Source: the human T2T-CHM13v2.0 reference genome, Homo sapiens. From it: 64,000 nucleotides of DNA. The stretch lies in NCBI RefSeq assembly GCF_009914755.1, contig NC_060938.1. One strand, written 5' to 3'. Positions within the stretch are counted from its first letter, which is position 1. Each line of letters begins with the position of its first letter. The notes below the pieces were generated by a model. That model did not search any database, was not told the DNA's origin, and saw only the letters and a list, made by a program, of their open reading frames with translations. Below are positions 46,576 through 62,380 of this stretch, piece by piece. The translations under genes were made by a program, and so were the position numbers.

Positions 46576-47480
<905 letters not shown>

Positions 47481-47575
47481 ACAAAACAAAATGTATACAG
47501 ATTGGGAAGAAATAAATAAAACTTTGCAGATTACATGTTAACTTGCCTATGTAGAAAATTCAAAAAATTTCCTGA

Positions 47576-47906
<331 letters not shown>

Positions 47907-48361
47907 CCTGAAATGAATAAATAATTATAACGAGGTTGCAAGACATAAGGTTAATATACAGAAGTCAATTGCTTTATTATTTGCCAGCAATGAACAACTG
48001 GAATTTGAAATTGAAAACGCAATACCATTTACATTAGCACCAAAAAAAGAAATACTTAGGTATAAAACTAACAAAATATGTATAAGACTAGCAAAATATG
48101 TATAAGAGCTATATGAGAAAAACTATAAAATTCTGATGAAAGAAATCAATTAAGATATAAATAAATGGATAGATATTTGATGTTCATGGATAGAAAAACT
48201 CATTATTGTTAAGATATCAGTTCTTCCCAACCTGATATATATTGTGTTGTGATTCAACACAATCCCAATCAAAATTCCAGCAAGTTATTTTAAACTGATT
48301 CTAAAATTTATATGAAAAGGCAAATGACCTAGAACAGCTAATATAATATAAAAGAAGAACA

Positions 48362-48637
48362 GGCTAGGTGTGGTAGCCTGTGATCCCAACATTTTGGGAA
48401 GTTGAGGCAGAAGGACCGTTTGAGGCCAGGAGTTCAAGATCAGCCTGAGCAACATAGCAAGAACCCATCTCTACAAAACTGGTTTTAAAAAATTAGTTGG
48501 GTGTGGTGGTGTGTGCCTATAGTCCTAGCTACTTGAGAGGCTGAGGTGGGAAGATTGCCTGATAGCCCGGGTGACAGAGCAAAACGCTATCGCAAACAAA
48601 CAAACAAACAAAAAAAAACAAAAACCAACAACAACAA
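48362..48637 (+). mobile_element. AluJ with right-arm deletion
   Basis: Diverged Alu; (CAAA)n tail. Confidence 0.88.
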
Positions 48638-49553
48638 AGCCAGAAGGCTAACACTACTTAACTTCAAGGCTTACTATAAAGCTACAATAATCAAGATAGT
48701 ATGATACTAGTAGAAAAATAGACAAATAAATCAATGGAACAGAGCCTAAAAATATATCCATAAAAATTTAGTCAAGTGATCTTGTCAAAAGAGTAAAGGC
48801 AATTCAATGGAGCAAGGATAGTCTATTTAAAAAATGGTGCTGGAATAACTGAATGTGTATATGCAAAACAAAACAACATAAAACAAGCATAGACACAGAT
48901 CTTACACCTTTCACAAATATTAACTCACAGTAGATCACAGAACTAAATGTAAAACACGTAACTATAACACTTTTAGAAGATAATATAGAAGAAAATCCAA
49001 ATGACCTTGGGCTTGGTGATGACTTTTTAGATACAACACCGAAAGCATAATCCATGAAAGAAAAAAAACGATCTGTTGAACTTTATTAAATTAAAAACTT
49101 ATGTTCTTTGAAAGATATTGTTAAGAAAATGAAAAAGACAAGCTGTAGACTGGAAGAAAATATTTGCAAAATACATATCTGATAAAGGATTTGTAATCCA
49201 AAATTTACGAAGAACTTTTAGAACTTGACAATAAGAAAATGAACAATCTCATTTTAAAATCTCAGCAAAAGATCTGAACAGATACTTCATCAAAGATTAT
49301 ATACAGATGGCAATTAAGCATATGAAAAAGGCTCAACATCATATATTATAAGGAAATTGCAAAATAAACAATGAAATACCACTATGCACCTATTAGAATG
49401 TCCAATATCGAAAACACTGACAATACCAAATGCTGGCCAAGATATGGAACAACAGGAACTCTCATTTATTGATGTTGGGAATGCAAAATGACACAGCCAT
49501 TTTGAAAGACAGTTTGACAGTTCCTTAAAAAACTAAACATTGACTTACCATAT

Positions 49554-50989
49554 TGAGAAGTGACAGCGTGCCGGCAGTCCTCACAGCCCTCGCTTGCTCT
49601 CGGCGCCTCCTCTGCCTGGGCTCCCACTTTGGCGGCACTTGAGGAGTCCTTCGGCCCACCACTGCACTGTAGGAGGCCCCTTTCTGGGCTGGCCAAGGCC
49701 GGAGCCCGCTCCCTCAGCTTGCAGGGAGGTGTGGAGGGAGAGGCGCGAGCGGGAACCGGGGCTGCGCGCGGCGCTTGCGGGCCAGCTGGAGTTCCGGGTG
49801 GGCGTCGGCTTGGCGGGCCCTGGCGCTCGGAGCAGCGGGCCGGCCCTGCCGGCCCCGGGCAATGAGGGGCTTAGCACCTGGGCCAGCGGCTGCGGAGGGT
49901 GTACTGGGTCCCCCAGCAGTGCCAGCCCACCGGCGCTGCGCTGGATTTCTCGCCGGGGCCTTAGCTGCCTTCTCGTGGGGCAGGGCTCGGGACCTGCAGC
50001 CCGCCATGCGGGAGCCTCCCACCCGCTCCGTGGGCTCCTGGGCGGCCCGCGCCTCCTCGACGAGCGCCACCCCTGCTCCACGGCGCCCAGTCCCATTGAC
50101 CACCCAAGGGCTGAGGAGTGCGGGCGCACCGCGCAGGACTGGCAGGCAGCTCCATCTGCAGCCCCGGTGTGGGATCCACTGGGGGAAGCCAGCTGGGCTC
50201 CTGAGTCTGGTGGGGACGTGGAGAACCTTTATGTCTAGCTCAGGGATTGTAAATACACCAATCGGCACTCTGTCTCTAGCTCAAGGTTTGTAAACACACC
50301 AATCAGCACCCTGTGTCTAGCTCAGGGTTTGTGAATGCACCAGTCCACACTCTGTATCTAGCTACTCTGGTGGGGACTTGGAAAACCTTTGTGTGGACAC
50401 TCTGTATCTAGCTACTCTGGTGGGGATGTGGAGAACCTTTGTGTCTAGCTCAGGGATTGTAAACGCACCAATCAGCACCCTGTCAAAACAGACCACTCCC
50501 TCTCTGTAAAATGGACCAATCGGCAGGATGTGGGTGGGGCCAGATAAGAGAATAAAAGCCAGCTGCCAGAGCCAGCAGTAGCAACCAGCTCAGGTCCCTT
50601 CCCACGCTGTGGAAAGTTTGTTCTTTGGCTTTTTGCAATAACTCTTGCTACTAATCACTCTTTGGGTCCACACTGCTTTTATGAGCTGTAACACTCACTG
50701 CGAAGTTCTGCAGCTTCACTCCTGAAGCCAGCGAGACCATGAGCCCACTGGGAAGAACGAACAACTCCAGATGCGCCGCCTTAAGAGCTGTAACACTCAC
50801 CGCGAAGGTCTGCAGCTTCACTCCTGAGCCAGCGAGACCACGAACCCAGCAGAAGGAAGAAACTGAACACATCCGAACATCAGAAGGAACAAACTCCTGT
50901 CGCGCCAACTTAAGAGCTGTAACACCGCCAGGGTCCGCGGCTTCATTCTTGAAGTCAGTGAGACCAAGAACCCACCAATTCCGTACACA
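49554..50989 (+). mobile_element. LTR12C (ERV9) solo LTR, full length
   Basis: TGAGAAGTGACAGCGTG to AATTCCGTACACA; 4-bp TSD ATAT splitting L1 ttaccatat|gatccagc; CpG-rich U3. Confidence 0.97.
50250..50590 (+). promoter_or_regulatory. LTR12C core promoter: CCAAT repeats, GATA, AATAAAA TATA-equivalent
   Basis: ccaatc at about 50258, 50299, 50468 and 50516; cagataag 50541; aataaaa 50551; activity at this locus not shown. Confidence 0.6.
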
Positions 50990-51084
50990 ATATGATCCAG
51001 CAAGCAACACCTAGGTGTTTTTCCAAAGGAAGTTAAAACATATGTCCACACAAAAACCTAAACACAAATGCTATAGCAGCTTTA

Positions 51085-51290
51085 TTTTTTTTTTCTTTTT
51101 CTTTTCAGATAGGGTTTCAATCTGTCACCCAGAGTGGAGGGCAGTAGCTCAATCATGGCTCAGTGTGGTCTCAACCTCCCCAGGCTCAGAGGAGCCTCCC
51201 ACCTCAGCCCCCGAGGTAGCTAGCTGAGATTACAGGTGAGCACCACCACACCGGCTAATTTTATTTTTTTGTTGCCTAGGCTGGTCTTGA
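51085..51290 (-). mobile_element. Truncated AluJ
   Basis: TSD agcagctttatt on both sides. Confidence 0.85.
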
Positions 51291-51750
51291 AGCAGCTTTA
51301 TTCTTAGCTGCCCCAAACTAGAAACAACCAAAATGTCCTTGAATAGGTGAATGATAAACTGTGTTACAGCTGTACAATGGAATATTATTCAACAATAAAA
51401 AGAAATGAGCTATTCAGCCCCAAAAAGACATGGAGGAAGCTTAAATGCTATTGTTAAGTGAACGAAGCCAATCTAAAAAGCCTACATACTTTATGATTCC
51501 AACTTCATAACTTTCAAGGAAAGACAAAAATATAGAGACAGTACAAAGATCAGGAAAAGGCAAAACTATAGAGATAGGGATTCTGGGGGAGGGAGGAAGG
51601 GCTGAACAGGCAGAGCATAGAGCATTCTTAGCACAGTGAAACTATTCCGTATAATGCTGTAATGGTGGGTCCATGACATTTTGCATTTGTGAAAACCCAT
51701 AGAATATACAACACAAAGAGTGAATGCTAAGGTAAACTGTGGATTAGTTA

Positions 51751-51945
<195 letters not shown>

Positions 51946-52429
51946 CTAAGGTCGTTAATTCGCTGAGACTTTGGGCTTTCACTCCTGTGTGACCGATTCT
52001 AGAGTGAATAGCAAACAAGGCTGTGTTGAGATGTGTTAGGATGTCAGCTAGTTACACTCATCTACAAATGACACTCCTGTACACTGGGAAGCTCTTACAA
52101 ATTCATGTCTCAGGAAGATTATAAGTTACAGCATGTCATCAATCTCCCATGCCACTTGTGAATGATTAAAACCATGGGTGAGAACAGTCTGCTATGTTAG
52201 TACACCAGGTTAAATGTATGTTTGAAGATGAGCTATTGGCAGTAAGAGACGGAGGTTGAATTGTTCATGGGACCAAGAAGACCAGCAGATAGAAAAGGAA
52301 GTCGATTTGCCTGACAAAGAGTGTCTTCAAAGTTTTAAAATAGAGTGAGAGATGATTTTTTAGAAGGAAAGCACTCCAGTAAGGTATCTATCGGTTCACT
52401 GCAATGAATTAAATGTTTTTCACCTACCT

Positions 52430-52880
52430 TATCCAATAAATGTCTTGGGCATTGATCTGTATTTTGGGACTCTGCTCCAGGAAATTGAAAGAGACAGAAA
52501 AGCAAGGGACATTTGCAGTTGAATAAAAGGAATCAAGTACACAAATAACTAGACTTGAAGATAAAAGTCACAAAAGCGTATTCTCTACAAAGGGGCAGAA
52601 CCAGGCATCCATTGAAGGAAAAAGAAAAAAGCCTTCAAGGAAGTAGGGCATTTTGAAAGAGCCTTGAAGGGTTGGTAGGATTTTTATAGAAGGAGACCAG
52701 ACAAGATGACAGTCCAGGTCAATAGGACATTGTTAGAAATGATCCAGATCAGTGAGGACAAATATTAAGTGATGCAGTACACACAGGGGGTAATGGAAAG
52801 TGTGGCTGATAGGTGAGATTTGGACATTATGTAGAGAGTTTTGAATGCAGGCTAAAGCATTTGCACTTAATTTGGTAGGC
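52430..52880 (-). mobile_element. L2 relic
   Basis: gagccttgaagggttggtaggattt; ttttgaatgcaggctaaagcatttgcacttaatt. Confidence 0.55.
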
Positions 52881-53619
52881 ATTTAGCAGGCATCAAGCAC
52901 TAGATGGGACTCAAACTTTCCTTCTCTTCTCTGTCCTTGGGCCTGATGGTGATGGAAAATGCCCATTCTTCCCATATGGATCTTTGTTATCTTGTCTTCT
53001 ACTCTTGCCACCCTTCTCATCCCCTTGCTTCCACTTTCTCACTCTATGCCTGACAAATTTCAGATCTCTTTCTAGCCTTCTCCTCTCTTCTAGGCAAGGA
53101 ATAATGGCTGTGGCCTAATCTAATTTCATTCTTCTTTGCCCTGTTTTTAAGGATTTTCTGGGATGTTCCTAATATCCCAACCTAAGCCACCAAATAAACC
53201 ACTCTCTGATCTCTGACTTAAAAAAATATATATATTCCCTAACAAGTTAACAGTACCATCAAGAGGTGAAAAAGCATTTGCTATGTGGTTGGGATGACAG
53301 ATTGTGCTGGTAGGCCCATGATGGAGGGCTTCCTGTCATTAGCTAGAGGGTAATAGTTGACGCAAACCTAGGAATGAAACACAGCCAGCAAGCCTCAGGC
53401 GCAGCCCTCTTCCAAAAGCAAACAACCTCTTAGAAGGTGTGCCATAATCCCTATTTTATGCATTTTATATGCATTTATTGAGTGTGTAATCTGTACCAAT
53501 TACTGTGTAAGTTTAGGGGATGGAGTTATAAAAGACAATGTGTCTATGTAGCTCACAGCCTAGACGGGAAAAAATGAAAATATCGCAATAGCGTGGTAGG
53601 TAGTATGATGATGTCTAGA

Positions 53620-53772
53620 GCTATGCTTCTTAAATTTAATGTGTACGCAGAATCACCTGTGCATCTTGCTAAAAGCGCATTCTCCTTCAGTAGGCCTGTC
53701 TGCATGTCTAACCTGAGGCACTCAGGTAATGCTTAATCTGCAAGTGCTGGACCACATTCAAAGAAGCAAGGA
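53620..53772. mobile_element. MER5-family DNA transposon
   Basis: tgcttcttaaattt...cagaatcacctg...gaccacattcaaagaagcaagg; tctaga on both flanks. Confidence 0.65.
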
Positions 53773-54141
53773 TCTAGAGAAGTTCCCAAAGAACAAGGGA
53801 ACTTCAAGATCATATGTGATCATAGCAACAGATGAGTTTTCTTTTTTAATGTGAATTCTCCAAACTAAAAAGAATTATCTGGGAGGGGGATACGTAATAT
53901 GAACCTACCCAAATATAAGAGGACAAAAGACAATATAGGATAAGGTAAGTCTCCCTCCTACTCTTTGCTCCTAGCCAGGCAGTTCCCCTTCCCAGAAACA
54001 GCCACCATAACCAATCTCTTTTCTACCCTTCCAGAGTTAATTTTTTTTAATATACAAGCATATACAAATATCCTTTTTTAAAAAACCACTAGACCCAGAT
54101 TTACTAATACGTACCTTGTCAAGTTAAAAAATATATTTACT

Positions 54142-54520
54142 GGCCAGGCCTGAGGGCTCACACCTGTAATCCCAGCACTTTGGGAGGCCAAAGCCAGTGG
54201 ATCGCTTGAGGCCAGGAGTTTGAGATCAGCCTGGGCAACATAGTGAAACCCCATCTCTACCAAAAATACAAAAATTAGCCAATCTCATAACCCAGACCAG
54301 CCTGGGCAACATAGAGAGACCCCCATCTCTACAACAACAACAACAACAACAACAACAAATTAGCTGGACATGGTGGTGTGCCTATAGTTCCAGCTACTCA
54401 GAAGCCTGAGGCAGGAGGATCTCTTGAGCTCAGGAGTTTGAGGCTACACTGAGCTATGATCACACCACTGCACTTCAGCCTGGGTGACAAAGCGAGATCC
54501 TGTCTCTAAAAAGAAAAAAG
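54142..54520 (+). mobile_element. Alu left arm fused to a 5'-truncated AluJ
   Basis: Left arm, then aatctcataaccc, then a second Alu starting at agaccagcctggg. Confidence 0.88.
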
Positions 54521-54544
54521 GTAAATAAATAATGAGGGCTAGAG

Positions 54545-55850
54545 TCAACTGAACATTTCAAAAGCTGAAGGAAGAAAAAAAAAAATCTACTGCCAACCCA
54601 GAATTTTATATCCAGCAAAAATATCCTTCAAAAATGGAGGTGAATTCTGAAGACATTCAGATTTGTTTTTAATGAGAAAAGTTGTTAACAACAGACCTGC
54701 ACTATGAGAAAGGTATTTCTTCAGACTATAAAAAACAAACAAACAAAAAACACATGCTGGAAGAGCACCAGAAATAGTAAATATATGAATATGTATAACA
54801 GACTTACATCATTTCAGGTCCTCCAAAAGGCAGATGCCAAGATGGACCTAGATGTGCATGAGATTTACTGAGGGAAAGCCTGTGAAGGATAAAAGGAAGT
54901 GGAAGGAGGAATAGGGAGAACCTCAGATGGCAATGTAAGTCTGACATCTGAAAAGTGAAAGGGAAGGAAGGAAGATTGTGTAGAAGTCTTACTGCAGTGC
55001 AGCTCTGAGAAAATCTTTTCCAGCCAATCAGAATCTCTGGAGTAAAGAATACCCATGAGAGGAGTTCCACATCAGTGAAGAATGGCCTGGCTCTAGTACC
55101 TCTGCTGTGCTCAATCACTGGCTGGGGCATAGTATGGTTTTGGCATGAATGCCCCAGAAGACCTGAAAGTACAGCAACTGGAAGGTATCCACCAGCTGCT
55201 CTCCTCACAGTAGGGTTCTTGAAGGGAGGTCTGAGCAACACTCTCATGGCTGCCACTAGACTAGGATTAATTTTTTTCTTATCCTATTTTTTAAAAGTCA
55301 TATGACTCTGTAAAGTAGAAGTTAAATCACTGTATTGTGGGGTTTATCATGTAAGTAGATAAAATATATAGAATAATAAAATGAAGGATGGGGAGGTAAA
55401 TGGAACTATAGTGTTGAGGAATTATATGTTACATTAAGTAGTACAATATTAACTCTAAGTAGGTTGTGATAAGTTAAAGATGCATATTTGTAGCCCAAAA
55501 ACAACCACTATAAAAAGTAATACAAAGAAGCATAGCTAAAAAGTCAATGTGGGAGTTAAACTGGAAATGTATTATTTCCTTAGCCCAGAAAGACAGGAAA
55601 GGAAGAACAAAAGGACAAAAACAGATTAGGCAAGTGAAAAGCAAATAGCAATTGTTAGACCTATATTTGATCATATCCATAAATGCATTCAGCATTAATA
55701 GACTAAATACTCCAACTAAAAGACACAGTCAGACTGGATAAAAAATGAAGACCCACCCCTATAGTGTCTACAAGAGACAGACCTTACATGTAAAGACTCA
55801 GATTGAAAGTAACAAGCTAGATAAAGCTTTTTCTTGCAAATAGTCATGTC
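54545..55850 (+). mobile_element. Old L1M ORF1-end / ORF2-start relic
   Basis: aacccagaattttatatccagcaaaaatatccttcaaaaatg; gactaaatactccaactaaaagaca. Confidence 0.75.
54805..55259 (-). mobile_element. LTR16A-like ERVL LTR inserted in L1
   Basis: ggcagatgccaagatgga...cctgtgaaggataaaagg...catggctgccac. Confidence 0.65.
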
Positions 55851-56064
55851 ACTCGTGTACATATTTATGGATAAAGTCCCAGCAATGAAATGACTGAATC
55901 CAGAGAATGTGCACTTGTAATTTTGATCATGTCACCATAAATAGCGTATCAAATTATCTTTCCACTCAGTGTATGGATAGCATACCTGTCTCCACATACT
56001 CTTACCAACAACATTTTCAGATTTTTAAATCTTTGCTAATCTGAGCGATGAAAAAAAAAATCAT

Positions 56065-56406
<342 letters not shown>

Positions 56407-56879
56407 TTACAATAATGTTTACTTTTTTCATTTGGTTAAAAGCCATATGTAACTCTTTATGCATACAGTTTATATTCTTTGCCCATTTTCATATATGTGT
56501 TTGTTTTCTTATTGTTGTGTAGGGACTCTTTATGTGAGACATATTTCAGATTTTCCTTATTTATCATTTGTATTTAGATTTTGTTAATCATGTTTTTTGA
56601 CACGGAGAATTCAAAAATTTTCACGATAGTATTTAATTGTCTTTCTAAAATGGCTTCTGTGTTTTATGTCATGTATACAAAGACCTTCCCTAGTCCATAC
56701 TATTTTTTAATCCTCTGATCTTTTGGTTGCAGTGCTGTGTGGATTCAGGCAGGAATCCAACTTCTTTTTCTCCCCCTCAGACCTGATAGGTCACCAAAAG
56801 TTCTTCTTCTAGAATGCTTGTGTAATGGCCACAGATGATGAGGTGCTGTAAAGAGCCCTGGCTGAGCCATAAGGGGAAA

Positions 56880-57660
<781 letters not shown>

Positions 57661-57949
57661 TAAAGGCCTACAGAGCCCTTTTAAGTGAAAGTAGCTCCTT
57701 GTGAAGGTAGCCTGCCCTGTATCTCTTGGCTGATAAGTGGTTGAACTGGGCCTGAAACCAAGTAACTGACTTTGAATTATTTCTCCATAGTTTAGACAAA
57801 ACAACAGACAATTTTAAGACAAGGGTAAAACCTGTCAATGAGTGGTTTAAAGTGTGCCTATTTTAAAGCTCAAATCTAGTGTACTTGAAATCCAGTAAAC
57901 TCATCTGAAACCTGAGCGTACAGCAATTTCTAAGTCAGTTCAACTATAG

Positions 57950-58190
57950 GATCTCCTAGTTGGAAGGAAGCCCAGAGGTCCTTCTCCCACCCAGGACAGG
58001 AATCCCTTCTAAAACACACCCAACAGATGGCTTAAGGCCCCCTGTGTGAACACTCTTCACCTTCAAAGGGGAGCTCACAGGCCTCCCGTTCCTCTGCTGG
58101 TCAGATCTAAACTTAGAAAGTTCTTTCTCATGTTGAGCCAAATTCCTTCTCTCTGTAACTTTCACCCATCAGTCAGCAATGTCTTCTGAG
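57950..58190 (-). mobile_element. L3/CR1 3' relic
   Basis: ggggagctcac...ttagaaagttctttctcatgttgagccaaa...tgtaactttcacccat. Confidence 0.65.
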
Positions 58191-58294
58191 TCCTCATTCC
58201 TCAAGGGAAAACCATTAGGTTTAGAGACAGTAGGCAGTAGGAAATGCTATGGTGGGGCTATGATAAAAGTTTACAATGTTTAAAACATGCCAAT

Positions 58295-58400
58295 GGATGC
58301 CCAACAATGTGAATGTAGTTAATGCCATTGAACACTTAAAAATGTTTACAATGGTAAAGTTTATGCTATGCATATTTTGCCGCAATTAAAAATTTTTAAA
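58295..58400 (+). mobile_element. L1MB 3' terminal fragment
   Basis: acaatgtgaatgtagttaatgccattgaacacttaaaaatg. Confidence 0.75.
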
Positions 58401-58548
58401 AATACTTTTCAAATATAGTAGAATGATATGCTGACCAATTAAAATAACATGGCAAGATGCTTTGAATGTTAAATGTCTGTGGCTCTTCAGAATGACACTG
58501 GGTTTTTATGTCGCTTCCTCTAATTCATTCTTGTTTTTCACCTCATAA

Positions 58549-59017
<469 letters not shown>

Positions 59018-59033
59018 CCTTCCTTTCTTCCCG

Positions 59034-59339
59034 TTTTTTTTTTTTTTTTTTTTTTTGAGACAGGGTCTCACTCTGTCACCCAGGCTGGAGTGTAGTGATG
59101 CAATCTCAGCTCACTGGAGCCTCAACCTCCTGGGCTCAATTGATCCTCCCACCTCAGCCTCCTAAGTGCCTACACTATGGGCATGACCCACCACCTCCGG
59201 CTAATTTTTTTATTTTATGTAGAGACGGGGTTTCATCATGTTTCCAGGCTGGTCTCAAACTCCTGAGTTCAAGCAATCCACCTGCCTCAGCCTCCCAAAG
59301 TGCTGGGATTACAGGTGTGTGCCACCACAGCGCCTGGCC
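59034..59339 (-). mobile_element. AluJ
   Basis: Full dimer. Confidence 0.93.
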
Positions 59340-59523
59340 TCCCTCTAAATCTTGATGGTTTGTTGGATCATCTGAACTTGCTTTTTTAAAAAAAATCTAA
59401 ATTGGGATCATTAGCTCAGTTATTTCAGGGCAAAAATTATGGCACTTTGAACCCAATAGTCCCATGTTGCCAGTTCCACAGTTCTAGAGAAGCAAAGATT
59501 TTTTTTTTAAATTTCCATTCTTA

Positions 59524-59589
59524 AGATCTTAATCTTTGTTGGAAGAAGTCCAAAATCTTCAGATCTTAATCTTTGTTGGAAGAAGTCCA
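59524..59589. repeat. Perfect 29-bp direct duplication with an 8-nt spacer
   Basis: agatcttaatctttgttggaagaagtcca-aaatcttc-agatcttaatctttgttggaagaagtcca. Confidence 0.95.
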
Positions 59590-60389
59590 TTTTTAAAACA
59601 GGAATCTGAGAGAACACTCATAACCCAAAGCAATCAATGATAATAGTGACATTTTTAACTGGCTCGTCTTGTTAATCCATTAACCAATTACCTGGTTGTA
59701 AGACTAGCTTCATTTATGTGACTTTAAAATTTTTGGTCTACATAAGACATTTTACCGTAAAATTCTTGCAGTGAGTTCACCTGAGTTTTTCTGTGGCGAC
59801 AAAATCAGTCATGACCTCTGCTCATCAAACAGGGTAATCCTTGCTGTGCTGCTGCTCCTCCCAGCAGTTGGGACCTCAAGTCTGTGGGATTGCTTTGTGC
59901 CCCAGCCATCCTCAGCCTCATTAGTTCTGTGGCAGCTACTGTAGCCACAGCCTCAGGGATGTTTGTTTGTCATTTACAGAGATAGATAATTTGAGTGAGA
60001 CAGGATTAACTAGCAGACATCTAACATAACAATTGACCCTCATTTGGCAGAGTATGTCAAAAATTTAAAACTTTAAATTGCATGCAAAATGTAACAACAT
60101 CTTCAATGTTAAATAAAGTTTTCTATGAAAAATACCAATTTTGTATTTGAATAGTTCTACTGCTTGTTCCTTCCTCAGCTTTCTTTCCCTTTTAAAAACT
60201 AACATATGTACCTAAGGGAGATGAAGGTGATTTTCTGTAATTTCTATTTCTCAAATTATATAATATTTTTGGTAAACCTTGATTCTTTCTGAAACTGTAT
60301 TTTTAGAATATACCATAAAATAGATCCTTGTATATCTTCCCTATAAGGTCTTGTTAAGTAGTATGTTTTTTTGAAAATTGTTTAAAAAT

Positions 60390-62380
60390 GACTTTCAACT
60401 TCTAGTAATGGCAGAACAGCTTGGTTGGACTAACCCTCCTATAAAAAACAGTTATAAAAACTGGAAAAAGTGTTTAGAAACAAAGAACAATTTCAATATA
60501 CTGGAGATTTATCAAAAACAAAGTGGTGAGAAGTTCACCTTTAAAGGCAAAATATATGTTGTGAGATTTGCAAGTCTGCAACTTTTTTACCTGTGTGCAC
60601 TCACTAATCCATTGTCTTGAGTTGTCATGGAATCAGATTGGCTAGAATTAAGGGGGAAATCCTAGAAGGGAATTACTGCAGGTACTGTGAGACCCAAAAT
60701 CTATCTTTAAAAAATCCACCCAACTTCTTGACTGGTCCAGAAATAGAAAAAGAGAAAGAGCGAAACAAAAAAGTAGCAGCTGGAAGCTGACCTGAGCAGA
60801 GAATTCAACTGCTGCTAACTGCAGGGAGACAAAGTTTGGAATTTGAGTCCAGCCAAGTTGAGAAGATTACTCTTCAAAGGAACATAATGGAACCCAGAGT
60901 TTCTACATTGTAGTATCCATTATAACCAGCATTCAACTAAAAATCACAGAATGTGCAAGGTAACCAGAAAAATGTGACACATACTCAGGGGAAAAAAAGG
61001 AACCAGAGATGACCTAGATGTTGCTGTAATAAATAGACAAGACTTTAAGGCAGTCATTATAAATATGTTCAAGAATTTAGGAAAAATTTGATCATAGCAA
61101 ATAAACCTGGTGGGGGAATCACAGAGGAGAAATAGATACTATTTAAATAGAAGCAAATGGAAATTTTATAGCTGAGAAGTACAATAAGTGAAATGGAAAA
61201 TTCATTAGATGCTCTTAACAACATCTTGGAGGCAGCTGGAGAAAGAGTGAATGTGAAGATTGTGAAGATAGATCAATAGAGATTCTTCAATCCGCAGGAT
61301 ATAGACAAAAGTCCCAAATATTTGGAAATTAATCAACGTTTATTTTTTAAATCCATGATTTATTTCACAAGGGAAAGTAGAAAATATTTTGAATGGAATT
61401 ATCATTAAAATACAAGATATCAGAGCTGTATGATGCAGGTAAAGGAGTGCTCAGAGGAAATGTTATACTTTTAAGTGTCTATATTAGAAATGAAGAAAAA
61501 AAACCATTTATTCATCAATTGATGAATGAGTACATAAAATGTGCTATGTCCATACAATGGAATATTAATCAGCAATAAAAAGGAATGAAGTACCAACACA
61601 TACTGTAACATGGATGAACCTTGAAAACATTAGGCTAAATAAAATAAGTCGGTCACAAAAGACCACATATTATGTGATTCCATTTATAGGAAATGTCCAG
61701 AATAAATGAATCTATGGAGACAAGAATTAGATTAGTGGTTGTTCAGAGCTGAGGGACGGGTGGAGTGATTGATAAAGGGTATACGGTTTCTTTTTGGGGC
61801 GATGAAAATGCTCTAAAAAGTATTTGATATTGGTTGCACAACCCCATGAATGTACTTAAAATTGTTTAATTGTATACTTTAAATGGGTGAATTGTATGGT
61901 ATATGAATTATATCTCAATAATGCTGTTACTCCCCAAAATTATCTGAATTTTTGACATAAGAAACTAGAAAGAAAGTGAGCAAATTAAACCCAAAATAAG
62001 TAAAAATTAGGAAATAATAAAGATAAGAGCACAAGTCAATCAACAAAAAAACAGATGAAAAATAAGAGAATATAAATCAAAAGTTAATTCTTTGAAATGG
62101 TTAATAAAAGTAGTAAACACCTAGCAAGACTGATAAAGAAAAAAGAGAAAATATAAATTACCAATAACAGAAATTAAATAGAAGATTTCAGAAAAAATCC
62201 TAAAAACATTGTGGTGATTGCATGACTGTATAGATGTTGCAAAACTCATTAAATTGCACATCTAATGTGAGTGAATTTGGTTGTATAGAAGTTATACCTC
62301 AATAAAACTATAAAAGAATAAATCAGTGTAATTCATTTGATTAATAGAATAAAGAAGAAAAACTATATGATTATATCAGT
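60390..62380 (+). mobile_element. Patchwork of old L1M fragments (ORF1/ORF2 relics) with an L1MB/ME 3' UTR at about 61505-61930
   Basis: caagactttaaggcagtcattataaatatgttcaag; catggatgaaccttgaaaacatt; aaacacctagcaagactgat. Confidence 0.7.

Noticed and set aside
49560-50293. 172-214-aa ORFs and a CpG-island-like stretch
   Set aside because: Entirely LTR12C U3; stop-poor because of GC content; not a host-gene promoter
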